From the NCBI GenBank assembly GCA_902517425.1, contig CABYCI010000001.1, positions 42,620 to 106,619 on the forward strand: DNA of 64,000 nucleotides, written 5' to 3'. Every line of letters begins with the position of its first letter. Within the stretch, counting starts at the first letter, position 1. This document shows, piece by piece, positions 9,748 through 19,769 of this stretch. The DNA is from an uncultured SAR86 cluster bacterium (lineage in GTDB: Bacteria > Pseudomonadota > Gammaproteobacteria > Magnimaribacterales > D2472). The notes under the pieces were generated by a model, which did no database searches, had not been told where the DNA came from, and worked only from the letters and a program-made list of their open reading frames with translations. Made by a program: the position numbers and the translations under genes.

Positions 9748-10787
9748 AGTATTTTTTTATATTCTGATAAAAAATCATTAACTGCTTTTCTCGCAGCTTT
9801 TAAACGAGTCATTGATGCAAAGCCATGGAACAATGACGGATAATGTAATTGTTTCACAAAAGTACCATTTTTATGAAGCAAAAAAGCATAATTTTCTGCT
9901 TCATCTGATAGTGGATCAAAGCCAGCTGTTACTATGATTGTTTTTGGTAAATTAGTTTTTTCTTTGTATTGCATCAAATTAAAGGTGTTAGTATCGTTAT
10001 CTTCAATATTTGATTGAAACTTTTCCCAAAACCAATGCATTGCTTTTTTTGTAAGTAAATAGTTCTCTTTGAATAATTCATGTGACTCATAATCACAGCT
10101 TGGATCACACATAGGATATATCAAAAATTGACTATGAACATTTACTGTATTTTCATTTGCTAATTGATGAGTTATTGAAGCAGCAAGATGTGCTCCTGCG
10201 CTATCGCCACATAAACTTATATTATTGATACTGATTCCAGTCTGTATTAGCCATTGAATAGCAGCCATACCTTCATTGAGTTGAGTAGGAAACTTATGCT
10301 CAGGTGACAGAGAATAATCTAAGGAATAGATCTTTGTTCTAAGTTTCTCTGCAAAATATGCAACCGTTGGATCATGTGTTTCAATTGAATTTAGAACATA
10401 TCCACCTCCATGAAAAAATAATATTATATTTTCATTATCAGTTTGGTAAGGTATATATTCTCTAATTTTAATGTCTTTATCTTTTCCTATTTGATGGTCT
10501 ATTTTTTGAATTTTCTTTTTAATATTCTTAAATAATCTTAAATTTCTTCTTTTTTGTTCAATTGAATTTCTTATCTCATGAATATTTTCATTTGATACCT
10601 CGTGGATATTAAATTTCGGTATCAAGGACAGGAAAAATTTAGATTGAATATCAAAAATAAAATTTCTCTTAACATCTTTATTAAAAATGCTAATTAAGCT
10701 TAAAAACCAAACTGGAATTAAGAAAAAAATATTTATAAAAAAATTTCTAAGCATATTCACGTAATTATAAGTAAAGTATGACTTCAC
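9744..10787 (-). CDS. Membrane-anchored alpha/beta hydrolase (family IV / HSL-type esterase)
   Basis: Oxyanion motif HGGGY, nucleophile elbow GDSAGA, and downstream DPLSDE and HGF are present. There is a hydrophobic N-terminal helix (FFINIFFLIPVWFLSLISIF). An ATGA overlap joins it to the ATPase. Confidence 0.8.
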   Translation of the reverse strand: MKSYFTYNYVNMLRNFFINIFFLIPVWFLSLISIFNKDVKRNFIFDIQSKFFLSLIPKFNIHEVSNENIHEIRNSIEQKRRNLRLFKNIKKKIQKIDHQIGKDKDIKIREYIPYQTDNENIILFFHGGGYVLNSIETHDPTVAYFAEKLRTKIYSLDYSLSPEHKFPTQLNEGMAAIQWLIQTGISINNISLCGDSAGAHLAASITHQLANENTVNVHSQFLIYPMCDPSCDYESHELFKENYLLTKKAMHWFWEKFQSNIEDNDTNTFNLMQYKEKTNLPKTIIVTAGFDPLSDEAENYAFLLHKNGTFVKQLHYPSLFHGFASMTRLKAARKAVNDFLSEYKKIL

Positions 10788-10819
10788 TTTATATTTGGTG
10801 AAGTTTATCCTACATATTA

Positions 10820-11233
10820 ATGAAAAAGATATTATTTATAATAATTGCGGTTATATCTAGCATTGAAATACTAGCTGATCAAAATAATCTATTTTCTAAA
10901 AAAAATAATCAAATTCTTCCAGCGGAAGAAGCTTTTGGCTTTAACTTAAAAAAAATCAATCAAAACATTATTGCTACTTGGGAAATCAAAGATGGTAATT
11001 ATTTATATCTTCAATCTGTGCTTGTTAAAATAGGTGATAACGAGGTTAAGTATAAAGTGATAAAAGGAGATGCTTTGGATTATAAAGATGAGTTTTTTGG
11101 AGAAACAGAAATAATCAAAAATATATTAGAGATTGAATTTAAAAATGATGTTTTAGATATGGAAGCAAAGATATATTACCAAGGCTGTTCAGAAAAAGGA
11201 TTTTGCTATCCGGTACAGGAAGTAAAAATATAA
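10820..11233 (+). CDS. DsbD N-terminal (alpha) domain-only protein with signal peptide
   Basis: ILPAEEAFGFNL...ATWEIKDGNYLYLQSV, KDEFFGETEII and YYQGCSEKGFCYP parallel E. coli DsbD residues about 20-130, including both redox cysteines. The ORF stops 7 codons after CYP. No membrane or thioredoxin-like domain follows. Confidence 0.65.
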   Translation: MKKILFIIIAVISSIEILADQNNLFSKKNNQILPAEEAFGFNLKKINQNIIATWEIKDGNYLYLQSVLVKIGDNEVKYKVIKGDALDYKDEFFGETEIIKNILEIEFKNDVLDMEAKIYYQGCSEKGFCYPVQEVKI

Positions 11234-11276
11234 TAAAATCTTATAAAATACAGTAAAATCGTTTAAAATCTGTAAT

Positions 11277-11711
11277 ATGAAAATATTAGTCTTAAATGGT
11301 CCTAATCTTAATTTGCTTGGCTTGAGAGAAGAAAGTATTTATGGATCTGATTCACTTAGTGACGTTGAAGATAAACTCAAAGAGATTGCAAACAAATCTA
11401 ACTGCGAGATAGGTTTTTACCAAAGCAATGCTGAACATGAATTAATTGATGCAATTCACAATGCTTATCGTGATAAAACTGATGCAATTATTTTTAATCC
11501 AGCTGGATATACTCATACTAGTGTTGCTTTAAGAGATGCTCTTTTAGCCGTTAGAATTCCTTTTTTAGAAGTTCATATCTCAGATATAGAATCAAGAGAA
11601 GAATTTCGACAAAAATCCTATTTTACCGATATTGCTGAAAAAACTATAAGCGGTAAAGGGACTAAGGGATACGAAATGGCATTAGATGAGGCATTAAATA
11701 TTAAAGGATAA
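11277..11711 (+). CDS. aroQ: 3-dehydroquinate dehydratase, type II
   Basis: [36 protein letters not shown] and EVHISDI are the canonical AroQ blocks. Confidence 0.95.
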   Translation: MKILVLNGPNLNLLGLREESIYGSDSLSDVEDKLKEIANKSNCEIGFYQSNAEHELIDAIHNAYRDKTDAIIFNPAGYTHTSVALRDALLAVRIPFLEVHISDIESREEFRQKSYFTDIAEKTISGKGTKGYEMALDEALNIKG

Positions 11712-11715
11712 AATT

Positions 11716-11892
11716 ATGGATATAAGAAAAATTAAAACGCTGATTGAAATGTTAGAAGAATCAACTTTGAAAGAAATTGAAGTAAGTCAAGGAGATGAAT
11801 CTGTAAGAATTTCAAAACAAACAAATGATGTTAGTATCACTGAACAAAATAATTCAAATGACTCTTCAGATCGATTCAAAACAAACGACTAA
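11716..11892 (+). pseudogene. accB: accB N-terminal fragment (58 codons; biotinyl domain absent)
   Basis: Below the ORF-track size cut-off. Hand translation gives [58 protein letters not shown]. The first 33 residues track E. coli AccB [34 protein letters not shown]. It starts 5 nt after aroQ, as in the usual aroQ-accB arrangement, but leuS begins at 11920. Confidence 0.7.
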
Positions 11893-11919
11893 CAACTTCT
11901 TACAAATTTAAAAACAAAA

Positions 11920-14325
11920 ATGAGTTCAAACTATAATCCAAAATTAATTGAAGAAACTATTCAAAAAAACTGGGATAAAGAAAATAGATACGTTTCTAAG
12001 TTAGACGATAGAGAAAAATATTATTGTTTATCGATGTTTCCATACCCTTCTGGGAAACTGCATATGGGTCACGTTAGAAACTATACGATTGGGGATGTGA
12101 TTTCTAGATATAAAAGAATGAAAAATTTTAATGTATTTCAACCTATGGGATGGGATGCATTTGGATTACCTGCAGAAAATGCCGCTATTGCTAATAAAGT
12201 AAGTCCTAAAGAATGGACAAAACAAAACATTGAGAATATGAAGAGTCAGCTGAAATCTCTTGGATTTAGTTATGACTGGACCAAGGAACTTAGAACGTGT
12301 GAATCAAGTTACTATAAATGGGAACAGCTTATATTTAAGAAATTTTATGAAGCTGGTCTAGTTTATCGAAAGAAGTCTATGGTTAATTGGGATCCTGTTG
12401 ACGAAACGGTCTTAGCAAATGAACAGGTTATTGATGGCAAGGGATGGAGATCTGGTGCACAAGTAGAAATAAAAGAAATTGATCAATGGTTTATAAAAAT
12501 AACTAATTACGCAGAAGAACTTCTTAACTCATTGGATGATTTAGATTGGCCAGAGAATGTAAAAATAATGCAAAAAAACTGGATTGGTAAATCTAGAGGT
12601 GCAGAAATTAAATATCAAATTGATAGCTCTGAAAGTTATTTGACAACATTCTCAACAAGACCAGACACAATCTTTGGTGTGTCATTTTTAGCAATATCAC
12701 CAAATCATCCACTGGCAATTGAATTGGCTGGAAGTAATAACGGCATTGCAGAATTTCTTGAAAAATGTAAAGAAGTTAAAGCAGCGGAAGCTGATATAGC
12801 CCAAGCAGAAAAATTGGGAATAGATACTAATATAAAAGTTATTCATCCTTTAACTGGTAAGCAATTACCAGTTTGGATTGGAAACTTCGTCTTATTAGAT
12901 TATGGAACAGGAGTGGTTATGGGAGTGCCTGCCCATGACACCAGAGATCATGAGTTTGCTTCAAAATATGGTCTTGATATAAATCAGGTTATTAAAACAG
13001 AAGGTGATGAACTGCCTATCCTTGAAAAGGGCGAGCTTATAAACTCAGATAACTTCAATGGCATGGAATCAGATGCAGCGATCAAAGAAATAATAAATGA
13101 ACTTATAAAATTAAAATTAGGTGAAGAGTTAATTCAATTTAGACTGAGAGATTGGGGAGTAAGCAGACAAAGATATTGGGGTTGCCCAATACCTGTAACA
13201 TACAAAAATGGAGTGCCAACTGTTGTAGATGAAAAAGACATGCCCATTAAACTCCCAGAATTAGAAGAAAACTCGCCGCCTATTCCATTGAGTCAGAATA
13301 AAAATTTTATAACAATTGATGAAAAGACTTTAAGGGAAAGTGATACCTTTGATACTTTCATGGATTCATCTTGGTACTATGCAAGATTTACATCAGCTGA
13401 TAATAGCAAAGATGTTTTCGATGAAAATACAAAATATTGGCTACCAGTAGATCTTTATGTTGGTGGTATAGAACATGCTATTTTACATTTATTGTATTCT
13501 AGATTTTTTCATAAGGCGCTGCGAGACATAGGGTTGGTTGAGGGTGATGAACCATTTAAGAGATTGCTTACCCAGGGGATGGTTTTAAAGGACGGTGCAA
13601 AGATGTCAAAATCAAAAGGCAATACTGTAGATCCACAATCATACATTGAGAAATATGGCGCAGATACGGTAAGACTATATATGATGTTCACTGCTCCTCC
13701 AGAACAAAGTCTTGAATGGAGTGAATCGTCGGTTGAAGGTGCATCAAGATTTCTAAAAAAAATATGGAATTTAGTCGAAGGAAGAAAATATAATAAACTT
13801 AATGATCAAATTAAATTTTCTAAAGATGAGCTCGCGCTTAGAAGGAAATCTCATTCAACTCTAAAGAAAGTAGAAAAAGATTACGATGTAAGGTTTGCTT
13901 TTAATACTGCAATAGCAGCAATCATGGAATTATTAAATTTTATTCCAGAAAGTTACAAAAGTGATAATGCATCAGACACAGAAAAATATTGTCTAGATGA
14001 AGCAATATTATTTATATTGCAGATGCTCTCACCAATTGCTCCACACATTTGTGAATATCTATGGAAAAGCTTTTGCGGTTTAGAGTCATGTATTGAGTCA
14101 TCATGGCCAGAAATAAATGAGGCATTATTGAAAGTCGAAGATTTTGAACTAATTATCCAGGTCAATGGCAAAGTAAGAGGAAAGATTAAAATAGATAAAA
14201 ATATTGATCAAATGGAAATTGAAAAAATAGCGCTTAACGTTGAGAATGTAAAAAACTATATAAGTTCTTCAAAAATAAAAAAGGCCATATTCATCAAAGA
14301 TAGGCTTATTAATTTTGTAACTTAG
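11920..14325 (+). CDS. leuS: Leucyl-tRNA synthetase
   Basis: HMGH ([11 protein letters not shown]), KMSKS ([10 protein letters not shown]) and the CP1 editing block TRPDTIFG are present. Size is 801 aa. Confidence 0.97.
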   Translation: MSSNYNPKLIEETIQKNWDKENRYVSKLDDREKYYCLSMFPYPSGKLHMGHVRNYTIGDVISRYKRMKNFNVFQPMGWDAFGLPAENAAIANKVSPKEWTKQNIENMKSQLKSLGFSYDWTKELRTCESSYYKWEQLIFKKFYEAGLVYRKKSMVNWDPVDETVLANEQVIDGKGWRSGAQVEIKEIDQWFIKITNYAEELLNSLDDLDWPENVKIMQKNWIGKSRGAEIKYQIDSSESYLTTFSTRPDTIFGVSFLAISPNHPLAIELAGSNNGIAEFLEKCKEVKAAEADIAQAEKLGIDTNIKVIHPLTGKQLPVWIGNFVLLDYGTGVVMGVPAHDTRDHEFASKYGLDINQVIKTEGDELPILEKGELINSDNFNGMESDAAIKEIINELIKLKLGEELIQFRLRDWGVSRQRYWGCPIPVTYKNGVPTVVDEKDMPIKLPELEENSPPIPLSQNKNFITIDEKTLRESDTFDTFMDSSWYYARFTSADNSKDVFDENTKYWLPVDLYVGGIEHAILHLLYSRFFHKALRDIGLVEGDEPFKRLLTQGMVLKDGAKMSKSKGNTVDPQSYIEKYGADTVRLYMMFTAPPEQSLEWSESSVEGASRFLKKIWNLVEGRKYNKLNDQIKFSKDELALRRKSHSTLKKVEKDYDVRFAFNTAIAAIMELLNFIPESYKSDNASDTEKYCLDEAILFILQMLSPIAPHICEYLWKSFCGLESCIESSWPEINEALLKVEDFELIIQVNGKVRGKIKIDKNIDQMEIEKIALNVENVKNYISSSKIKKAIFIKDRLINFVT

Positions 14326-14369
14326 GCTCTAAATCTTTATTTCTTAGATTCTTGTTATAAGATAACAAA

Positions 14370-14840
14370 ATGATACAAAAGATTAAATTTAGCTTTCTAG
14401 TAATAGCAATAATTGTTATTCAAAGTTGTGCTGTAAATCAATATCAACAAATAAAAACAGAAAAAAACTACTTCGTAACTTTTAGTTCTGATATACCCAA
14501 ATCATTTCAAACTAGAGTTAATTCATCTTTGAAATCAAAAGAAAATGCATCCAAAGATAATATTATTAATATTAATATTAGTAGCTTCATGTTCAATAAG
14601 TATGATGTATATTCTGGAAGTTCTTTGAGGGCACTTGAAAGCGAAGTGAAATCTTCCATGAAAATATCAATTAATCAAAATGACAATACTAGAAATAAAA
14701 TGCTAATGAGTATGAAGAGATTTAGCTCTATAGAGTTAAATCCAATTGCAGAAGAACAAATGATAAGTTTTATTAAAGATGAAATGTTAGATGATCTTTA
14801 TAATCAAGTGATTTTAGAGGTGAGTTTAATTGATATGTGA
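14370..14840 (+). CDS. lptE: LPS-assembly lipoprotein LptE (RlpB-like)
   Basis: Signal peptide with a lipobox-like IQSC. The position between leuS and holA is the conserved gammaproteobacterial slot for lptE. The sequence itself is weakly diagnostic. Confidence 0.6.
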   Translation: MIQKIKFSFLVIAIIVIQSCAVNQYQQIKTEKNYFVTFSSDIPKSFQTRVNSSLKSKENASKDNIININISSFMFNKYDVYSGSSLRALESEVKSSMKISINQNDNTRNKMLMSMKRFSSIELNPIAEEQMISFIKDEMLDDLYNQVILEVSLIDM

Positions 14841-15816
14841 GGCCACATCTCTAACGAAATACATAGATAAGTCTCCTAGATTATTCTTTATATTTGGGCC
14901 TGAAATCATTCTAAAAAATACTTCTATAGATCAAATTAATGAGTTTTATAAAAAAAATGGATTTACCGAAAAAAAAGCTATATTTGAAAAAGATTTTAAA
15001 GATATTGAAAGAATATTAATCGAGAATGCCGGCGGGTCATTATTTGGATCAAAAACTATAATTGAGATATTTCATAATGGAGGGAAGATCCCAAAAGAAA
15101 TAACAAATATTTTTGAAATTCCAAATATAAATAAAATGGAAAACATAGTTATTATCATAAGGTCTGCTGTAGAAAAAATTAACCAAGCAACTAAATGGGT
15201 TAAAAAAATGAATGACATTTCGTTAATAGTTCAATGTGCGAAATTAAAACCTTATGAAGAAAAGGTTTGGGTGAAAGATAAATTAACATTTATGAATGAA
15301 GAAGATGCTAAAAATTATACTGATAGAATTACAGATATGTTTTCTGGTAATTTAGTTGCTCAAAATAATGAGATAAATGTATTAAAACTTACTTACTCTG
15401 AAGAATCTAATAATGTCGATATTGGAATAGATGATGCTGAGTTTTTACCCTATCAATTAGAGGATAAGATAATAGAGTTAAATACAAACTATGCTTTAAG
15501 AATATCAAAATCAATTAAAAAAAATGATGATCATTATGGTCCACTATTAGTTTTTATTATGGGGAAAATAATTAATACATCAGTTAGCGCTTATCAGAAT
15601 ATTAATACTAACTCGAGCCTTGAAAAAGCTGGTATTTGGAAAAGTAAAATACCTGCTTATGTTAATTTCATTAAAAAAAATACCCTAAAAAAAATGATGC
15701 CGCTTCAAAAGAAAGTTTATGAACTTGATTTGGCTGCTAAAGGTTTGGCTGGAATTACCAAAGATCAATTTTGGCAAGAAATTGATAATATGATAATTGA
15801 CTTAACCTCTAACTAA
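14830..15816 (+). CDS. holA: DNA polymerase III delta subunit
   Basis: RLFFIFGPEIIL and SLFGSKTIIEI blocks are present. Size is 328 aa and it fits the leuS-lptE-holA synteny. The start appears to be TTG and overlaps lptE by 11 bp. Confidence 0.72.
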   Translation: MICEATSLTKYIDKSPRLFFIFGPEIILKNTSIDQINEFYKKNGFTEKKAIFEKDFKDIERILIENAGGSLFGSKTIIEIFHNGGKIPKEITNIFEIPNINKMENIVIIIRSAVEKINQATKWVKKMNDISLIVQCAKLKPYEEKVWVKDKLTFMNEEDAKNYTDRITDMFSGNLVAQNNEINVLKLTYSEESNNVDIGIDDAEFLPYQLEDKIIELNTNYALRISKSIKKNDDHYGPLLVFIMGKIINTSVSAYQNINTNSSLEKAGIWKSKIPAYVNFIKKNTLKKMMPLQKKVYELDLAAKGLAGITKDQFWQEIDNMIIDLTSN

Positions 15817-16636
15817 AAAACTTTTCAAAGAATATTTGTTCACATTTTTGAAACAAACGATTATCTCCATTAAGCTGTATGTCCAAATCTAAAATATTAG
15901 TAACTTGTGCAAGTCCTTTTGTGGAACTTGTGAGCCAAACAGATTGAGCATTTTTGAGATCATCAACACTATAATCTCCTTCCTCAACCTTTATACCAAA
16001 CTGCTTGATTTCATCTATGAGTAATTCTCTTGTGATGCCAGGCAAAATATTATTCGATAGAGCTGGAGTGAAAACGGTTTCTTCAATAGCAAAAAAGACA
16101 TTTGATGCGCCACCTTCTGTAAGAATATTATTCTTATGCATAATTACCTCATGGCAGCCACTCATTCTTGCATTGTTCATACTCATTACGTTTCCTAATA
16201 ATGAAGTAGATTTAATATCACATCTTTGCCACCTTAAATCTTCACAAGTCATTACTTTAAGTTTTTGAGATTTAAAAGAATGACTAACTACATAACCAAA
16301 AGTTTCAGTAGATAGCGAATCATCAAACATATGAGATCTAATGCTGTCTATTCCCCTAGAAACTTGGTAATAAACATAACCATTTATTAAATTACTCTTA
16401 GCAATTAAATCAATTATCTCTTTAGATGTTTTATCCATATCTAAAGATAAATTTAAAGCTTTACAACTTCTTTCTAGTCTATTGATGTGGCTTTCGAAGG
16501 CTATCGAATTAGAATTAAAAAAAGGTATCACTTCATATACGCTGTCTGAAAAAGTATAGGCCCTACTTAAAGGAGAGATTTTTATTTCATCAAGATAGTT
16601 AAAGATGCTGTTATAAACAGCATGAATTTTTTCCAT
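15809..16636 (-). CDS. Class IV (fold type IV) PLP aminotransferase, D-amino-acid/branched-chain/PabC group
   Basis: SDSVYEVIPFFNS (..G.fE.ir), HINRLERSC, CDIKSTSLL and ILPGITRELL are class IV hallmarks. Size is 275 aa. Confidence 0.75.
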   Translation of the reverse strand: MEKIHAVYNSIFNYLDEIKISPLSRAYTFSDSVYEVIPFFNSNSIAFESHINRLERSCKALNLSLDMDKTSKEIIDLIAKSNLINGYVYYQVSRGIDSIRSHMFDDSLSTETFGYVVSHSFKSQKLKVMTCEDLRWQRCDIKSTSLLGNVMSMNNARMSGCHEVIMHKNNILTEGGASNVFFAIEETVFTPALSNNILPGITRELLIDEIKQFGIKVEEGDYSVDDLKNAQSVWLTSSTKGLAQVTNILDLDIQLNGDNRLFQKCEQIFFEKFFS

Positions 16637-17785
16637 TTAAGCTATTCCGAATAAACTCATGATCCAAAGCACAAATCTTGACCAGAGCCTGCCAAAGAAA
16701 CCTTTTGCTTCAACCTCTTCTAGTGCAATCAAGCTAGATGTTAAGACTATTTCATTATTACTGATAATCTCAAGGGTTCCGATTTCTTGACCTTTTGTGA
16801 TAGGTGCCTGAATATTATTCTTTACTTTATAGTTAACTTTAATATCCTTAAAACTAGTTCTAGGTAATGTAATAGAGATGTCTTCTTGAACACCAAGGCT
16901 TAGTGTGTCAATTTTACCTCCCCAAACTTTTGAAGTTGTATATTCTTTGTTTATCTCAAAATATTTTTGAGTTGCATAAAACCTAAAGCCATACTCAAGC
17001 AATCTTTGAGTATCTGAAAAACTATTATTAGAGCTATCACTTCCAGCTACTACAGTTATTAATCGCATGTTGGCTCTTTTAGCTGAGCCTATTAAGCAAT
17101 AGCCTGCTGATGATGTATGACCAGTTTTTACTCCATCAGAAGTATCATCTCTCCATAAGAGTTTATTTCTATTAAATTTATTACCAGTGATACCACCATA
17201 TTCAAATTCTTTTTCTTTGAACAAAGAATATATATCTGGAAAGTTTGTTATAAATTTTGAAGTTAAGATAGCTAAATCACTTGCAGATGTAAGATGTCCT
17301 TCACTTGGGAGGCCTGTTGAGTTTGCAAAATAAGTGCTATTCATTCCAATAGAACCAGCGTAAGCATTCATTAGATCCACAAAGCCATCTTCTGTACCAC
17401 CAACATACTCAGCAATAGCTACAGATGCATCATTACCTGACTGAATCATTATTCCTTTTAAAAGATCCAAAACACTAACTCTTTTTCCAACCTCAATAAA
17501 CATTTTTGAACCACCCATCTTCCATGCTTTTTCACTTATAAGGACTTCATCTTCAAGACTTATAAGATTATTCTTAATCTGATCTGCGACTACATATGCT
17601 GTCATAACTTTCGTCATGCTTGCTGGTTCTATTTGACCGTCAGAATTTGATTCAGCAATGACGGTGTTAGTATTTGGGTCAATTAAAATATAACTCTTTA
17701 AATTGAGCTCAGGTGCATTTGGGACAAAACTTTGACTTAAGATAAAGTTGGATGAGATTAAAGCTAATAGGAGTAGTTTTTTCAT
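16637..17785 (-). CDS. dacA: D-alanyl-D-alanine carboxypeptidase (PBP5/6 family)
   Basis: Signal peptide, SxxK (SMTKVMT), SGN (QSGNDAS), KTG (KTGHTSSAG) and a C-terminal amphipathic anchor are present. Confidence 0.9.
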   Translation of the reverse strand: MKKLLLLALISSNFILSQSFVPNAPELNLKSYILIDPNTNTVIAESNSDGQIEPASMTKVMTAYVVADQIKNNLISLEDEVLISEKAWKMGGSKMFIEVGKRVSVLDLLKGIMIQSGNDASVAIAEYVGGTEDGFVDLMNAYAGSIGMNSTYFANSTGLPSEGHLTSASDLAILTSKFITNFPDIYSLFKEKEFEYGGITGNKFNRNKLLWRDDTSDGVKTGHTSSAGYCLIGSAKRANMRLITVVAGSDSSNNSFSDTQRLLEYGFRFYATQKYFEINKEYTTSKVWGGKIDTLSLGVQEDISITLPRTSFKDIKVNYKVKNNIQAPITKGQEIGTLEIISNNEIVLTSSLIALEEVEAKGFFGRLWSRFVLWIMSLFGIA

Positions 17786-18672
17786 TTTTTAAATTCTTCT
17801 GACAAATAATACACTGCCATTGCGTAAACATCACTAATATTATATCTAGCAATAGCATAAAAGTTATCATCTGCAATAAAATGAAGGTCTTCACCATTCT
17901 CCTTGAATGATAATGGTAAAAATCTTGATAAAGATTCATCTGGTTTGAAGAATTTTCTTACATTATTAGGATAACTCCTCGTAACAATATTGCCATTCCT
18001 TTTCCATCCATGCCTTTTTAAATAATTTGCAATACTTCCTATTGCATCATCAACAGAGTTAAATAAATCTACGTACTCGTCCCCATCATAATCAATTGCA
18101 TAGGCTCTATAACTTGAAGATATGAATTGTCCATAGCCCATTGCACCAGCATAGGAACCTTTAGTTTCGAGAATATCTAAATTATTTTCTCTAGTAAGAA
18201 TAAAGAATTGTATAAGTTCACTTCTAAAAAATTTAGACCTTCTAGGGTCATCAAAACCTAATGTAGTCAAACTGTCTATTACCCTATATTTACCCATAAC
18301 TCTTCCATAATCAGTCTCCACGCCCAAGATTGCTGTTACTATTTCCTTGGGAACACCAAACTCTTCTTCTGCTCTTTCAAGAGTTTTAAGATTATCATTT
18401 ATAAACTTTTTACCATCTCTAATTCTTTTCTTCTTTATGAAGATGGCTTTGTAGTCATCCCATGTCTTAGTTTTTTCGGCAGGGTTTGCAACTGAAACTA
18501 GCATCTCATTCCTTTTTTTAGCATCTTTTAAAACTTCGATTACATATGACTCTTTAAATCCATATTCATTAACCAGTTCATCTATGACAGCTTTGCTATC
18601 TTTATGCATCGAATAATCTGCAAAGGTAAAAAAGCTAATTGATATAGATATTGATAATAATAATTGTTTCAT
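17782..18672 (-). CDS. mltB: Lytic murein transglycosylase B family
   Basis: ILGVETDYGR (catalytic Glu) and GSYAGAMGYGQFISSSYRAYAIDYDGD are MltB/SltB1 signatures. It has a signal peptide and sits between rodA and dacA, as in Pseudomonas-type order. Confidence 0.8.
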   Translation of the reverse strand: MKQLLLSISISISFFTFADYSMHKDSKAVIDELVNEYGFKESYVIEVLKDAKKRNEMLVSVANPAEKTKTWDDYKAIFIKKKRIRDGKKFINDNLKTLERAEEEFGVPKEIVTAILGVETDYGRVMGKYRVIDSLTTLGFDDPRRSKFFRSELIQFFILTRENNLDILETKGSYAGAMGYGQFISSSYRAYAIDYDGDEYVDLFNSVDDAIGSIANYLKRHGWKRNGNIVTRSYPNNVRKFFKPDESLSRFLPLSFKENGEDLHFIADDNFYAIARYNISDVYAMAVYYLSEEFKK

Positions 18673-19769
18673 TTTTGCATCAACTTTTTATGAGTAGCCA
18701 TGGAAATTATAATTCCAAATGCTATATAGAATGATAACAAAGAAGAGCCTCCTTTGCTTATAAACGGAAGTGGCATGCCAACTACTGGAATAATTCCGAC
18801 CACCATTGCCAAATTTATAAATATGGTAGAGATGAATAAAAGGCTTAAGCCACCAATTGTCAATCTACAAAATCTATCTCTTGCATTTATAGCCAAGAAG
18901 AAGCATCTAAGCATGATAAAGAAAAAAGTAGAAATAAGAATGCAAGCTCCAATGAAGCCAAACTCTTCAGCTATAACTGAAAAAATAAAATCTGTTTCTG
19001 TTTCAGGTAAGAAATCAAGATGAGCCTGTGAGCCTTCACCATAACCTTTCCCCTTAATTCCCCCAGAACCTATAGCAATTTTTGATTGAGTGATATTCCA
19101 TCCAGATCCATATGGATCTGCATTAGGATCTAATAATGTAAGTATTCTTTGTCTTTGAAAAGGTTCCAAGAAATTATTCCAAATAAAAGGTAGAGATAGA
19201 ATAAAAGTACCAAACGATATACCAATAAATCTCCAACTCAATCCTGCGAGAAAAAGAACGTAAATACCTGCAATAAATATAACTAGACTAGTTCCTAGAT
19301 CTGGCTGAATTCTTACTAAGTTAACTATGATAAGAATGACCATCATACTTATTAACGTATTAAGTAAACTGATTGGGAGAGGTTTATCATATAGGTATGC
19401 GGCCAAGAAAACTGGTAATGCGATCTTAACAATTTCTGAGGATTGCAAAGTAAAAAATCCTAAATCTAGCCAACGCTTTGCTCCATTTACTTCTTTACCA
19501 AATATCATAGTAATAAGTATTAAGACAATTGAAAATATTAGGAAGAGTAAGGAATTATTCTTATAAAAGTCTGGATCAATTTGACTTAACAGAAACATTA
19601 AAATTAAGCCAAGTACAACAAATAATGACTGTTTAACTGTTGTTTCTATATTTCCTTGAGAAGCACTATATAAGAATACAAGACCCATTATTGATAACAG
19701 AGTTATTGATATAAATAAATATTGGTCGAAGTAAATCCTAGATTTAAATGAATTAAATAGCCTATTCAT
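18669..19769 (-). CDS. rodA: Peptidoglycan glycosyltransferase RodA (SEDS family)
   Basis: Polytopic membrane protein of 366 aa with blocks QPDLGTSL, RILTLLDP and LPFISKGGSS. It overlaps mrdA by 8 bp. Confidence 0.92.
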   Translation of the reverse strand: MNRLFNSFKSRIYFDQYLFISITLLSIMGLVFLYSASQGNIETTVKQSLFVVLGLILMFLLSQIDPDFYKNNSLLFLIFSIVLILITMIFGKEVNGAKRWLDLGFFTLQSSEIVKIALPVFLAAYLYDKPLPISLLNTLISMMVILIIVNLVRIQPDLGTSLVIFIAGIYVLFLAGLSWRFIGISFGTFILSLPFIWNNFLEPFQRQRILTLLDPNADPYGSGWNITQSKIAIGSGGIKGKGYGEGSQAHLDFLPETETDFIFSVIAEEFGFIGACILISTFFFIMLRCFFLAINARDRFCRLTIGGLSLLFISTIFINLAMVVGIIPVVGMPLPFISKGGSSLLSFYIAFGIIISMATHKKLMQK

